Of a DNA stretch of 64,000 nucleotides, positions 1 through 30,904 are shown one piece after another (the first letter of the stretch is position 1; every line of letters begins with the position of its first letter). Source of the DNA: Macrostomum lignano (Eukaryota). A program made the position numbers and the translations under genes. The notes beneath the pieces were generated by a model, which ran no database searches, had not been told where the DNA came from, and saw only the letters and a list, made by a program, of their open reading frames with translations. The stretch lies in contig NIVC01002891.1 of assembly GCA_002269645.1 (NCBI GenBank), positions 67,522-131,521 on the forward strand, written 5' to 3'.

Positions 1-58
1 AAAAAAAGACAAAATACTCAAATGAAGTGCAATGCAAAAAGAAATCATCCCAAGACAG

Positions 59-325
59 CAAGCATCCCCCAGATTGCAAGCATCCCCCAGATTGCAAGCA
101 TCCCCCGGATAGCAAGCATGCCCCAGATAGCAAGCATCCCCCAGATAGCAAGCATCCCCCAGATAGCAAGCATCCCCCAGATAGCAAGCATCCCCCAGAT
201 AGCAAGCATCCCCCATATAGCAAGCATCCCCCAGAGAGCAAGCATCCCCCAGATAGCAAGCATCCCCCAGAGAGCAAGCATCCCCCAGATAGATAGCATC
301 CCCAAATAGCAAGCATCCACCAGAC
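59..325. repeat. 18-bp minisatellite
   Basis: (AGCATCCCCCAGATAGCA)n. Confidence 0.9.
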
Positions 326-409
326 AATAAGTAGCTAGTGCGACAATTTCCTTAACATTATAGTGGTTCCTTTAAAATTTGCTTACCTTACGTTTGAAAT
401 TGTGTATCT

Positions 410-1500
410 TTTATGTTTGATATGGTGGCTCTTTAATGTTCTACATGGTAACTCTTTTATGTTTGATACGGTGGCTTTTCAATGTCTGACATGGTGGCTC
501 TTTTATGTTTGACATGGTGGCTCTTCTATGTTTGACATGGTGGCTCTTTATTGTTTGACATGGTGGCTCTTTATTGTTTGACATTGTGGCTCTTTATTGT
601 TTGACATTGTGGCTCTTTAATGTTTGACATGGTGGCTCTTTAATGTTCTACATGGTAACTCTTTTATGTTTGATACGGTGGCTTTTCAATGTCTGACATG
701 GTGGCTCTTTTATGTTTGACATGGTGGCTCTTCTATGTTTGACATGGTGGCTCTTTATTGTTTGACATGGTGGCTCTTTATTGTTTGACATGGTGGCTCT
801 TTATTGTTAGACATTGTGGCTCTTTATTGTTTGACATTGTGGCTCTTTAATGTTTAACATGGTGGCTCTTTTATGTTAGACATGGTGGCTCTTTTAGGTT
901 TGACATGATGGCACTTTTATGTTTTGACATGGTGGCTCTTTTATGTTCGACAAAGTGGCTCTTTAATGTTCTTCATGGTGTAGCTCTTTTATGTTTGACA
1001 TGGTGGCTATTTAATGTTCGACATGGTGGCTATTTAATGTTTGACATGGTGGCTCTTAAATTTATGACATGGTGGCTCTTTAATGTTCGAAATGGTGGCT
1101 TTTTAATGTTTGAAATTAAAAAATGTGGCTCTTCTGTTTGAGATGGTGGCTCTTTAATGTTTGACATAAAGTCACATATATGTTCGACATGGTGGCTCTT
1201 TAATGTTCACAATGGTGGCTCTTTAATGTTTGACATAAAGTCACGTATATGTTTGACATGGTGGCTCTTAAATGTTTGACATGGTGGCTCTTTTATGTTT
1301 GACATGGTGGCTCTTAAATGTTTGACATGGTGGCTCTTTAATGTTTGACATGGTGGCTCTTAAATGTTTGACATGGAGTCACATATATGTTTGACAAGGT
1401 GCTTCTTTTATGTTGACATGGTAACTCTTATATTTGATATGGTGGCTCTTTAATGTTCGACATAGTGGCTCTTCTATGTTTGATATTGCGCTTCTTTTAT
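410..1500. repeat. ~22-bp degenerate minisatellite
   Basis: (TTTGACATGGTGGCTCTTTAATG)n. Confidence 0.9.
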
Positions 1501-1864
1501 GTTTTTAAGGTGTTTTAATAAAAAGTTTTCATCTTGTTGTGATGCAATCTTTATCACAATTGGAATTCAGTCAGTCAGTTTTTTCTCTAGCATTCTTACA
1601 ATGCATTTCAAGTCGAAAATTTTGCTTGACCTTTTCAAAAAAGCATGTTTTTCGAATATTTAATCCCTTTAAAATTGAGCAATTTCTCAGCCAAGATGCA
1701 TGTACCATTCCAGGAAAATTTCTGATCAAATGGTGCAAGTTTGAAGAAAATCGGTTAAGCCAATTTTTCTGAAATCTATCGCATAGCTACAGACATTTCA
1801 TTTTTAGTATATGGGAGGAAAGGACAAGCATACAAATATTAGAGATTTAGTATATTTAGATAGA

Positions 1865-3000
1865 CTAGCTAATTAGAGCTGGCTGCCAGCAGCCAGAATA
1901 ATTTTTTATTGCCCCCCTTTACGTGGGGTCCAGTGAGTTTTCTTATCAGTTGGCTCTGGCGCAATCAATTAAAATTGGCAGTGAAGTTTCTGGCTGATAA
2001 AATTTGCATTGAAAAAGCCCATTTAAAACAGTTTTTCGAATATTTAATCCCTTAAGCATTGAAGCAGATACAAGAAATTTTAACTGTCTTCTTTCCAGAC
2101 AATTTTGAATCTTTTGGCGAAAACACGATCAAAATCGGCGAAGAATTGCTCGCTCTAGAGCGTTATGGACATTCATTCAAGCATACAAACCTTAGAGATT
2201 TAGTATATTTAGACTAGCTAATTAGAGCTGGCTGCCAGCAGCCAGAATAATTTTTTTATTGCCCCCCTTTAAGTGGAGCGGAGTGAGTTTTCTTATCAGT
2301 TGGCTCTGGCGCAATCAATTAAAATTGGCAGTGAAGTTTCTGGCTGATAAAATATGCATTGAAAAAGGCCATTTAAAACAGTTTTTCGAATATTTAATCC
2401 CTTTAGCATTGAAGCAGATACAAGAAATTTTAACCATACAATCCCAGGCTGATTACAAATCTTTTGGCGAAAACGCGATCAAAATCGGTCGAGAATTGCA
2501 ATCTCTAGAGCGTTATGGACAAACATACAAACAAACCTTAGAGATTTAGTATATTTAGATAGAAGATTATGGACATTCAAGCATACAAACCTTAGAGATT
2601 TAGTATATTTAGATAGAAGACTAGCTACGAGCTACGTAATTAGAGCTGGCTGCCAGCAGCCAGAATAATTTTTTTATTGCCCCCCTTTAAGTGGAGCGGA
2701 GTGAGTTTTCTTATCAGTTGGCTCTGGCGCAATCAATTAAAATTGGCAGTGAAGTTTCTGGCTGATAAAATTTGCATTGAAAAAGGCCATTTAAAAAGTT
2801 TTTCGAATATTTAATCCCTTTAGCATTGAAGCAGATACAAGAAATTTTAACCATACAATCCCAGGCTGATTACGAATCTTTTGGCGAAAACGCGATGAAA
2901 ATCGGTGAAGAATTGCAATCTCTAGAGCGTTATGGACAAGCATACAAACAAACAAATATTAGAGATTTAGTATATTTAGATTAGAGATTTAGTATATTTA
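1865..3000 (-). mobile_element. Head-to-tail array of ~3 non-autonomous Helitron-like elements (~350 bp each)
   Basis: Units at ~1865-2213, 2214-2559, 2621-2970; on minus strand 5' A|TCTAAATATACT, 3' hairpin CTGGCTGC-TG-GCAGCCAG about 10 nt before CTAG|T; diverged relative at ~1620-1860. Confidence 0.65.
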
Positions 3001-3170
3001 GATTAGAAGATAGAAGACTAGAGCGTTATGGACATTCATTCATTCAAGCATACAAACCTTAGAGATAGATAGATAGATTAGAAGATAGAAGATAGATAGA
3101 AGATAGATAGAAGATAGAAGATTTAGATAGATAGATTAGAAGATTTAGAAGAAGATTAGAAGAAGATTAA
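3000..3170. repeat. AGAT/AGAAG simple repeat
   Basis: direct reading. Confidence 0.8.
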
Positions 3171-3250
3171 AAAAAGTTTGGTCATAGAAGCGATGATTAA
3201 ATCGGTCATAGAAATGATAGATTCGGTCAGAGAAGCGATTATCAACTCAC

Positions 3251-21128
<17,878 letters not shown>

Positions 21129-21609
21129 ATTGCGGCGCTTCCCTGACTACTATTATTAGTAGTAATTATAGCTATCAATACAGCCGGGTTTATTCGCATT
21201 TATAGTCTGCGTTGCCAATAGCAACGCCGAGACTCGGCTTTGCTTAAACGGCAAATTCGATCGATTTCTGGAATTCAAGGACGTTTCAAGTCAAGGACAT
21301 TTCTTGGAAAACTTTCAAGGGCTCGCATTTTTTAAGAAGCCAATTGGGTATTAAGCCTCTGTCCAGGCCCTACGCTTTGTTTGTTTGCTAGGAGCCATAT
21401 TTGTTTACAAAAAACAAACTCTAAGAAGCCGTCAACACGAGCATTTATCTGCAAGCTACATGTGTATTTTATTAACAGCATTGAAGTCAGAACAACACTC
21501 GTACAAGAATGCGCGCTTATTGAAACACACAGAAAACTAAAAATTGCGTTTAACTGCTAACACTAAATGTGTATTTTATAAGATCCTTGCTGTAGCTCCA
21601 GTCTGCCAA

Positions 21610-21830
21610 GGGCGATTCTGGTGGCGGACTCAAGGGCGATTCTGATGGCGGACTCAGGGGCGATTCTGATGGCGGACTCAGGGGCGATTCTAATGGCGGA
21701 CTCAAGGGCGATTCTAATGGCGGACTCAGGGGCGATTCTAATGGCGGACTCAGGGCGATTCTGGTGGCGGACTCAGGGGGCGATTCTGATGGCGGACTCA
21801 GGGGGTTGGGGCTAATGGCAGATTCAGGGG
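21610..21830. repeat. 24-bp minisatellite
   Basis: (GGCGATTCTGATGGCGGACTCAGG)n. Confidence 0.85.
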
Positions 21831-21852
21831 AGAGTGAGTCACAGTTGAGTCA

Positions 21853-22461
21853 CTACTTAGGCACAGGCTTAACAACGTGAGCGCAGTCGTATTTGCCGCG
21901 CACAACTTTATGTTTGACGCCAATCAAGTCCTGACACCTGCCGCCTCTAACCAGCACCATATTGTGCTCCTGCAGGTTGTGCCCGATGCCAGGCACGTAG
22001 GCCGTGATCTCGCGACCGTTGGACAGGCGGACTCGGACGCATCGCCGATTGGCCGAATTCGGCTTCTTCGGCTTACGAATCAGAGTTCGCAGTACAACGC
22101 CTTTCATAAACGGCCGGCCGTCCATGTGCCGATTGGGCGGCCGCTTCTTCATGATCGGCCCGTAGCGGGCCATGCGGTTCAGCAGGTTGTCGTCTTCCAC
22201 GCAGGTTGGCAACTCGATGCTCCACCGGCTGCGAGGCACCACGGCCGTTTCGTCGAACAGTTCAAGGGAATCAGTGTTAGAGAATCGCCGCTTGATGGTG
22301 CTGACAAAGCGGACTGGCAAGGACTGGAGCGCCGACAAGCAGGGAGTTCTGGTGGCTGCTGGCACTGCCAATGCTGTCTGCAGCCGGCCGCCTAGCAGCA
22401 CTCGCTGGCATGCTGTGGAGGCTACCGACTGAGCAAGCGGCCTCATCAATCTGACCAGCAT
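21853..22461 (-). CDS. MRPS12: Mitochondrial ribosomal protein S12 (uS12m), intronless
   Basis: [77 protein letters not shown]; Arg/Ala/Leu-rich presequence from [11 protein letters not shown]. Confidence 0.95.
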   Translation of the reverse strand: MLVRLMRPLAQSVASTACQRVLLGGRLQTALAVPAATRTPCLSALQSLPVRFVSTIKRRFSNTDSLELFDETAVVPRSRWSIELPTCVEDDNLLNRMARYGPIMKKRPPNRHMDGRPFMKGVVLRTLIRKPKKPNSANRRCVRVRLSNGREITAYVPGIGHNLQEHNMVLVRGGRCQDLIGVKHKVVRGKYDCAHVVKPVPK

Positions 22462-22616
22462 CCCGGGAATTGATTTCGATTTTCTATAAATACGATTTGT
22501 GTGACGTATTGCGCACCCGCGGCTATACAGCATGCAAAAAACAATCAAAAGCACGTGATAATCGAATCAGGTAAGATATATTCACACTCATTACCTTTAT
22601 ATGTTAGCTTTAACCT

Positions 22617-23587
22617 TCAGCGGGCCCTCCCTCAGCTCCTTCAGCGGACCCTCCCTCAGATCCTTCAGCGGACCCTCCCTCAGATCCTTCAGCGGACCCT
22701 CCCTCAGATCCTTCAGCGGGCCCTCCCTCAGCTCCTTCAGCGGGCCCTCCCTCAGCTCCTTCAGCGGGCCCTCCCTCAGATCCTTCAGCGGGCCTTCCCT
22801 CAGATCCTTCAGCGGGCCTTCCCTCAGATCCTTCAGCGGGCCCTCCCTCAGCTCCTTCAGCGGGCCTTCCCTCAGCTCCTTCAGCGGGCCCTCCCTCAGC
22901 TCCTTCAGCGGGCCCTCCCTCAGATCCTTCAGCGGGCCTTCCCTCAGATCCTTCAGTGGGCCTTCCCTCAGATCCTTCAGCGGGCCTTCCCTCAGATCCT
23001 TCAGCGGGCCCTCCCTCAGCTCCTTCAGCGGGCCCTCCCTCAGATCCTTCAGCGGGCCTTCCCTCAGATCCTTCAGCGGGCCTTCCCTCAGATCCTTCAG
23101 TGGGCCCTCCCTCAGATCCTTCAGCGGGCCTTCCCTCAGATCCTTCAGCGGGCCCTCCCTCAGCTCCTTCAGCGGGCCTTCCCTCAGCTCCTTCAGCGGG
23201 CCCTCCCTCAGCTCCTTCAGCGGGCCCTCCCTCAGATCCTTCAGCGGGCCTTCCCTCAGATCCTTCAGTGGGCCTTCCCTCAGATCCTTCAGTGGGCCTT
23301 CCCTCAGATCCTTCAGCGGGCCTTCCCTCAGATCCTTCAGCGGGCCCTCCCTCAGCTCCTTCAGCGGGCCCTCCCTCAGATCCTTCAGCGGGCCTTCCCT
23401 CAGATCCTTCAGTGGGCCTTCCCTCAGATCCTTCAGCGGGCCTTCCCTCAGATCCTTCAGCGGGCCTTCCCTCAGATCCTTCAGCGGGCCCTCCCTCAGC
23501 TCCTTCAGCGGGCCTTCCCTCAGATCCTTCAGCGGGCCTTCCCTCAGATCCTTCAGCGGGCCTTCCCTCAGATCCTTCAGCGGGCCC
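22617..23587. repeat. 24-bp minisatellite
   Basis: (CTTCAGCGGGCCTTCCCTCAGATC)n, ~40 copies. Confidence 0.95.
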
Positions 23588-24245
23588 TACAATGCCACAG
23601 CACCCCCTTAGATTCTGAATTACTTCAAGTACAGGAGATGTAATTTGCTTAAGTTAATTTCAGAGTAATTAGATAAAAGCAGAGAAAGAGCAATACAAGT
23701 GAGCATCTGATACGCCTTGATCTGTGTATATTTAATTACTTGACATGCAGTGAAGAGCGGCGTGACTTATTGCTATTTATAATTCAATTTTAATTGGACG
23801 AACCGCAAGAACTTGACGTGGCATTCTCTAGAGCGATAAACAGACACAAATAATACAGAAAAAATTCAATAATTTAGAAAGCAGCAGCACATGACTTTCC
23901 ACACTTTGCTCAATGTAAGCATTGGCTACTATAAGTAATAATTTGCGGCCAAAACTTCTGTATTGGTATAATTCACCTGCACCCACGCGTACGAGGGGGG
24001 ACATTGGACAAAAACTGTACAAAATCAAGGAAACCAAAATGGAATAAGAGCTATCATATCATGTTTTTTTAAAGCGCGCACACAAGCAGCACACAGTAAC
24101 GGAGGGCAAATCAAAACTTTAGAAACTGTATAAGGGATTTTTCTTATTATGACTAATCTTCAAATCATAGAAATTGGCTCACACAAATCTTCGGCTCCAG
24201 ATTCAACTGAACTCGATAAATTTACTAATAAGAGTAGCTGTCAAT

Positions 24246-24690
24246 GCTCATGGGGGAATTGCTGAGATGCCAAAGCTCATGGGGGAATTGCTGAGATGCC
24301 AAGGCTTATGGGGGAATTGCCGAGATGCCAAGGCTCATGGGGGAATTGCTGAGATGCCAAGGCTCATGGGGGAACTGCTGAGATGCCAAGGCTCATGGGG
24401 GAATTGCTGAGATGCCAAGGCTCATGGGGGAATTGCTGAGATGCCAAGGCTCATGGGGGAATTGCTGAGATGCCAAGGCTCATGGGGAAATTGCTGAGAT
24501 GCCAAGGCTCATGGGGGGGGGGAATTGCTGAGATGCCAAGGCTCATGGGGAAATTGCTGAGATGCCAAGGCTCATGGGGGGGGGAATTACTGAGATGCCA
24601 AGGCTCATGGGGAAATTGCTGAGATGCCAAGGCTCATGGGGGGGAATTACTGAGATGCCAAGGCTCATGGGGGAATTGCTGAGATTTCAT
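24246..24690. repeat. ~30-bp minisatellite
   Basis: (GCTCATGGGGGAATTGCTGAGATGCCAAG)n. Confidence 0.9.
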
Positions 24691-25635
24691 AGGGGAAACA
24701 TCATTTTCCTTTAAGAAACTAACAATAGTAACTGTACAATGTCAAAAGCATGTACATGTAGTTTATTAAAAAAAATTTTCCTTTCTAAAGTAGCCTCCCC
24801 AACGGGGTCGCAGATTGTTAGTCTTTACTATCTGATAGTGGTACAAGCGCGTGAACACGTATTTAATGAGTATTTTTAAAAAAAAAGCAACAAAAAGCAT
24901 CGATGTTTTACCTTTCACCTGCTGGCTATTTAAACTATTTGATGCACACTGCTTTATACAAATCATAAAATTGGAATCTGTCGTTCAAGAATCACACGAA
25001 GCCTGACAAAAGGAGTTTCAAATTATTTTTTTTGATAAACAAACTTGATAGTCTGGTCTGGAATTTTAACAGAAGCGGAACAAAAACACTAGCAAAAGAT
25101 ATCTGCCTACAAACAGAGGATAAATGATAAATTAAGACTCGAAGCAATATTGCTTTTTTCAAATTCTATTTGAAAGGTAACCGAACTTCTATTTCGAAGA
25201 TGAGCGCAATATCAAATGATAAAATTTGACTCGATTTTTTTCTCATTTCTCGCGCTTCGATTGGCTGGAAATTGCTTTCTTTCTTAGAAAATCGATTTTT
25301 TAAGGTATCTTAAATAAGCATTGCTCTTGAGATCAGTTTTGCTATATTTAGCTATTTAGACACCACCCCCATCATTTAAAGCTCCGCATCTGTTCATCAG
25401 ACTAAAGCAACAAAAAAGGGAATCAAAAACCTGCAAAACAATTTGCAAGGATTACTACTGAAAAACTCGGGACGCAGAACTTAAACTTGGTAGGAATTTG
25501 TATACCATTCTAAAATCAGCCATACTGCTGGCCTTAAATAGTCAGTGTTACGCTAATTAGTTAGAGACTTTTTACCATAGAGAATGCTTTCAGGCGGGCC
25601 TTGAAGAAAATTCCCACTAAGTTTTAGGTTCCGCG

Positions 25636-26611
25636 CAAAGATCATATATACACAAGATGGTGGTGGCCATAGAAGCTAATGTAAATAATTTTGCATCTCG
25701 CGACAGCGCGAAAATCAACTACTGAACTCAATTTCATCAGTAGTCTCTGCAGTTAATTCATCATTCTTAGTTGAATTGAGCATTCGTTTAAATAATTCAT
25801 GAGAAGTTTTATTGAATTCTCAAAAAATAGCGTCTATGTCCTTAAGCTACTGAACTCAATTTCATCAGTAGTCTCTGCAGTTAATTCATCATTCTTAGTT
25901 GAATTGAGCATTCGTTTAAATAATTCATGAGAAGTTTTATTGAATTCTCAAAAAATAGCGTCTATGTCCTTAAGCTACTGAACTCAATTTCATCAGTAGT
26001 CTCTGCAGTTAATTCATCATTCTTAGTTGAATTGAGCATTCGTTTAAATAATTCATGAGAAGTTTTATTGAATTCTCAAAAAATAGCGTCTATGTCCTTA
26101 AGCTACTGAACTCAATTTCATCAGTAGTCTCTGCAGTTAATTCATCATTCTTAGTTGAATTGAGCATTCGTTTAAATAATTCATGAGAAGTTTTATTGAA
26201 TTCTCAAAAAATAGCGTCTATGTCCTTAAGCTACTGAACTCAATTTCATCAGTAGTCTCTGCAGTTAATTCATCATTCTTAGTTGAATTGAGCATTCGTT
26301 TAATTAATTCATGAGAAGTTTTATTGAATTCTCAAAAAATAGCGTCTATGTCCTTAAGCTACTGAACTCAATTTCATCAGTAGTCTCTGCAGTTAATTCA
26401 TCATTCTTAGTTGAATTGAGCATTCGTTTAATTAATTCATGAGAAGTTTTATTGAATTCTCAAAAAATAGCGTCTATGTCCTTAAGCTACTGAACTCAAA
26501 TTTATAAGCAACCTATGTCGGCTTTTTCCCCACAAGTGACGAAAAAAAACGGTCGCACTTTCCCTATTACCGCCATACGAAGTGGCCCATCTAGGGAATA
26601 TAAGATCTATG
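25636..26611. mobile_element. P-superfamily-like MITE with internal 128-bp tandem array
   Basis: 8-bp TSD GTTCCGCG (25628-25635, 26612-26619); 25-bp TIR CA(A/T)AGATC..AGATGG, 20/25 identical; six 128-bp units starting at 25721. Confidence 0.7.
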
Positions 26612-26807
26612 GTTCCGCGTCCTGAGCTTTTCAGCAGTCCTTGACAATTTACTCGATTAATTACGTAATTGAAAAAACATGATTTTCATATAGAATTCAA
26701 GTTTGTTTTGCTTGCTTCTTTACTCTGTCTCTGGTTAGTCTACGGCCTTATAAGTCTCGTAACATAGAAAATCACGATTTTTCGGCCTCTCTATTCGCGT
26801 GAAACGA

Positions 26808-29800
26808 CTGTTACATGAGCACTGTGTGGTCAAGGCTGCTGTTACATGAGCACTGTGTGGTCAAGGCTGCTGTTACATGAGCACTGTGTGGTGAAGGCTG
26901 CTGTTACATGAGCACTGTGTGGTCAAGGCTGCTGTTACATGAGCACTGTGTGGTCAAGGCTGCTGTTACATGAGCACTGTGTGGTCAAGGCTGCTGTTAC
27001 ATGAACACTGTGTGGTCAAGGCTGCTGTTACATGAGCACTGTGTGGTCAAGGCTGCTGTTACATGAACACTGTGTGGTCAAGGCTGCTGTTACATGAGCA
27101 CTGTGTGGTCAAGGCTGCTGTTACATGAGCACTGTGTAGTGAAGGCTGCTGTTACATGAGCACTGTGTGGTTAAGGCTGCTGTTACATGAGCACTGTGTG
27201 GTTAAGGCTGCTGTTACATGAGCACTGTGTGGTCAAGGCTGCTGTTACATGAGCACTGTGTGGTCAAGGCTGCTGTTACATGAGCACTGTGTGGTCAAGG
27301 CTGCTGTTACATGAGCACTGTGTAGTGAAGGCTGCTGTTACATGAGCACTGTGTGGTCAAGGCTGCTGTTACATGAGCACTGTGTAGTGAAGGCTGCTGT
27401 TACATGAGCACTGTGTGGTCAAGGCTGCTGTTACATGAGCACTGTGTGGTCAAGGCTGCTGTTACATGAGCACTGTGTGGTCAAGGCTGCTGTTACATGA
27501 GCACTGTGTGGTCAAGGCTGCTGTTACATGAGCACTGTGTGGTCAAGGCTGCTGTTACATGAACACTGTGTGGTCAAGGCTGCTGTTACATGAGCACTGT
27601 GTAGTGAAGGCTGCTGTTACATGAGCACTGTGTGGTCAAGGCTGCTGTTACATGAGCACTGTGTGGTCAAGGCTGCTGTTACATGAGCACTGTGTGGTCA
27701 AGGCTGCTGTTACATGAGCACTGTGTGGTCAAGGCTGCTGTTACATGAGCACTGTGTGGTCAAGGCTGCTGTTACATGAGCACTGTGTGGTCAAGGCTGC
27801 TGTTACATGAGCACTGTGTGGTCAAGGCTGCTGTTACATGAGCACTGTGTGGTCAAGGCTGCTGTTACATGAGCACTGTGTGGTCAAGGCTGCTGTTACA
27901 TGAGCACTGTGTGGTCAAGGCTGCTGTTACATGAGCACTGTGTGGTCAAGGCTGCTGTTACATGAGCACTGTGTGGTTAAGGCTGCTGTTACATGAGCAC
28001 TGTGTGGTTAAGGCTGCTGTTACATGAGCACTGTGTGGTGAAGGCTGCTGTTACATGAACACTGTGTGGTCAAGGCTGCTGTTACATGAGCACTGTGTGG
28101 TCAAGGCTGCTGTTACATGAGCACTGTGTGGTCAAGGCTGCTGTTACATGAGCACTGTGTGGTCAAGGCTGCTGTTACATGAGCACTGTGTGGTCAAGGC
28201 TGCTGTTACATGAACACTGTGTGGTCAAGGCTGCTGTTACATGAGCACTGTGTGGTCAAGGCTGCTGTTACATGAGCACTGTGTGGTCAAGGCTGCTGTT
28301 ACATGAGCACTGTGTGGTTAAGGCTGCTGTTACATGAGCACTGTGTGGTCAAGGCTGCTGTTACATGAGCACTGTGTGGTCAAGGCTGCTGTTACATGAA
28401 CACTGTGTGGTCAAGGCTGCTGTTACATGAGCACTGTGTGGGCAAGGCTGCTGTTACATGAGCACTGTGTAGTGAAGGCTGCTGTTACATGAGCACTGTG
28501 TGGTTAAGGCTGCTGTTACATGAGCACTGTGTGGTTAAGGCTGCTGTTACATGAGCACTGTGTGGTGAAGGCTGCTGTTACATGAACACTGTGTGGTCAA
28601 GGCTGCTGTTACATGAGCACTGTGTGGTTAAGGCTGCTGTTACATGAGCACTGTGTGGTCAAGGCTGCTGTTACATGAGCACTGTGTGGTCAAGGCTGCT
28701 GTTACATGAACACTGTGTGGTCAAGGCTGCTGTTACATGAGCACTGTGTAGTGAAGGCTGCTGTTACATGAGCACTGTGTGGTCAAGGCTGCTGTTACAT
28801 GAGCACTGTGTGGTCAAGGCTGCTGTTACATGAGCACTGTGTGGTCAAGGCTGCTGTTACATGAGCACTGTGTGGTTAAGGCTGCTGTTACATGAGCACT
28901 GTGTGGTTAAGGCTGCTGTTACATGAGCACTGTGTGGTGAAGGCTGCTGTTACATGAACACTGTGTGGTCAAGGCTGCTGTTACATGAGCACTGTGTGGT
29001 CAAGGCTGCTGTTACATGAGCACTGTGTGGTCAAGGCTGCTGTTACATGAGCACTGTGTGGTCAAGGCTGCTGTTACATGAGCACTGTGTGGTCAAGGCT
29101 GCTGTTACATGAACACTGTGTGGTCAAGGCTGCTGTTACATGAGCACTGTGTGGTCAAGGCTGCTGTTACATGAGCACTGTGTGGTCAAGGCTGCTGTTA
29201 CATGAGCACTGTGTGGTTAAGGCTGCTGTTACATGAGCACTGTGTGGTCAAGGCTGCTGTTACATGAGCACTGTGTGGTCAAGGCTGCTGTTACATGAAC
29301 ACTGTGTGGTCAAGGCTGCTGTTACATGAGCACTGTGTGGTCAAGGCTGCTGTTACATGAGCACTGTGTGGTCAAGGCTGCTGTTACATGAGCACTGTGT
29401 AGTGAAGGCTGCTGTTACATGAGCACTGTGTGGTCAAGGCTGCTGTTACATGAGCACTGTGTGGTCAAGGCTGCTGTTACATGAGCACTGTGTGGTCAAG
29501 GCTGCTGTTACATGAGCACTGTGTGGTCAAGGCTGCTGTTACATGAACACTGTGTGGTCAAGGCTGCTGTTACATGAGCACTGTGTGGTCAAGGCTGCTG
29601 TTACATGAGCACTGTGTAGTGAAGGCTGCTGTTACATGAGCACTGTGTAGTGAAGGCTGCTGTTACATGAGCACTGTGTGGTCAAGGCTGCTGTTACATG
29701 AGCACTGTGTGGTCAAGGCTGCTGTTACATGAGCACTGTGTGGTCAAGGCTGCTGTTACATGAGCACTGTGTGGTCAAGGCTGCTGTTACATGAGCACTG

Positions 29801-30197
29801 TGTGGTCAAGGCTGCTGTTACATGAACACTGTGTGGTCAAGGCTGCTGTTACATGAGCACTGTGTGGTCAAGGCTGCTGTTACATGAGCACTGTGTGGTC
29901 AAGGCTGCTGTTACATGAGCACTGTGTGGTCAAGGCTGCTGTTACATGAACACTGTGTGGTCAAGGCTGCTGTTACATGAGCACTGTGTGGTCAAGGCTG
30001 CTGTTACATGAGCACTGTGTGGTCAAGGCTGCTGTTACATGAGCACTGTGTGGTCAAGGCTGCTGTTACATGAGCACTGTGTGGTCAAGGCTGCTGTTAC
30101 ATGAGCACTGTGTGGTCAAGGCTGCTGTTACATGAACACTGTGTGGTCAAGGCTGCTGTTACATGAACACTGTGTGGTCAAGGCTGCTGTTACATGA
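26808..30197. repeat. 31-bp satellite array, ~3.4 kb
   Basis: (GCTGCTGTTACATGAGCACTGTGTGGTCAAG)n, ~109 contiguous copies, no spacers. Confidence 0.97.
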
Positions 30198-30257
30198 ACA
30201 GTGACTGTGAGTTACATGACTGTGGTCAAGGCTCAAGTCTCTCCAGGTGGGAAAATC

Positions 30258-30698
30258 CGCTTCCGGACATTTGCCCTCCGGCACTTCCCCTCCGGCACTT
30301 GCCCTCCGGCACTTCCCCTCGGCGGCGTTTGCCCTCCGGACATTTGCCCTCTGCAAATTTACCCCCTCGCACTTTACTCACCTCACCTCCTCCTGTACCC
30401 ACCCGTCGTTCCTCCAGCACCAACCTCATCCTCCCGCCTCTTGCATCCATCAGGTTCTTCTCCAGCCAACAACTCATCCTTTTCTAGTAAGCAATATATA
30501 CCCGCGCCCTACCCTATCCCCAGCCTTACCTGTACTTTTCCAGAGGGGAAATGTCCGGAGGGCAAATGTCCGGAGGGCAAATGTCCGGAGGGCAAATGTC
30601 CCCGAGGGCAAATGTCCTCGAGGGCAAATGTCCGGAGGGGAAATGCCGGAGGGCAAATGTCCGGAGGGCAAATGCCGGAGGGCAAATGTCCGGTAGCC
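30258..30698. mobile_element. Foldback/MULE-like MITE
   Basis: 9-bp TSD GGGAAAATC (30249-30257, 30699-30707); inverted ends with ~15-bp subterminal repeats CCGGACATTTGCCCT / AGGGCAAATGTCCGG. Confidence 0.72.
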
Positions 30699-30904
30699 GG
30701 GAAAATCGTTTTTTTCTCTCGAGTAAACTGTTTTTACAGGTTCTCTTTCATTCATTTTTTGCTTTAATCTGCTTAAACAGATGCGCTAAGGTAGATAAGT
30801 CTTCATAATCCTGACGAAATAGAAGTTAATTATTAACAAGCAGAAGTTGAAAAAGCAAATTTTGGAGCGGAACTCAACAGAAGACAGTTGCGGGACTAAG
30901 CGGA

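Noticed and set aside
21853-22461. Bacterial rpsL or contaminant
   Set aside because: It has a long N-terminal presequence and sits among intron-containing animal genes with no str operon neighbours.
22501-23643. LPQILQRA / SFSGPSL repeat ORFs
   Set aside because: The 24-bp minisatellite is open in all three frames; no signal peptide or domain.
26808-30197. CRISPR array (31-bp repeats)
   Set aside because: Units are contiguous with no unique spacers, there are no cas genes, and the context is eukaryotic.
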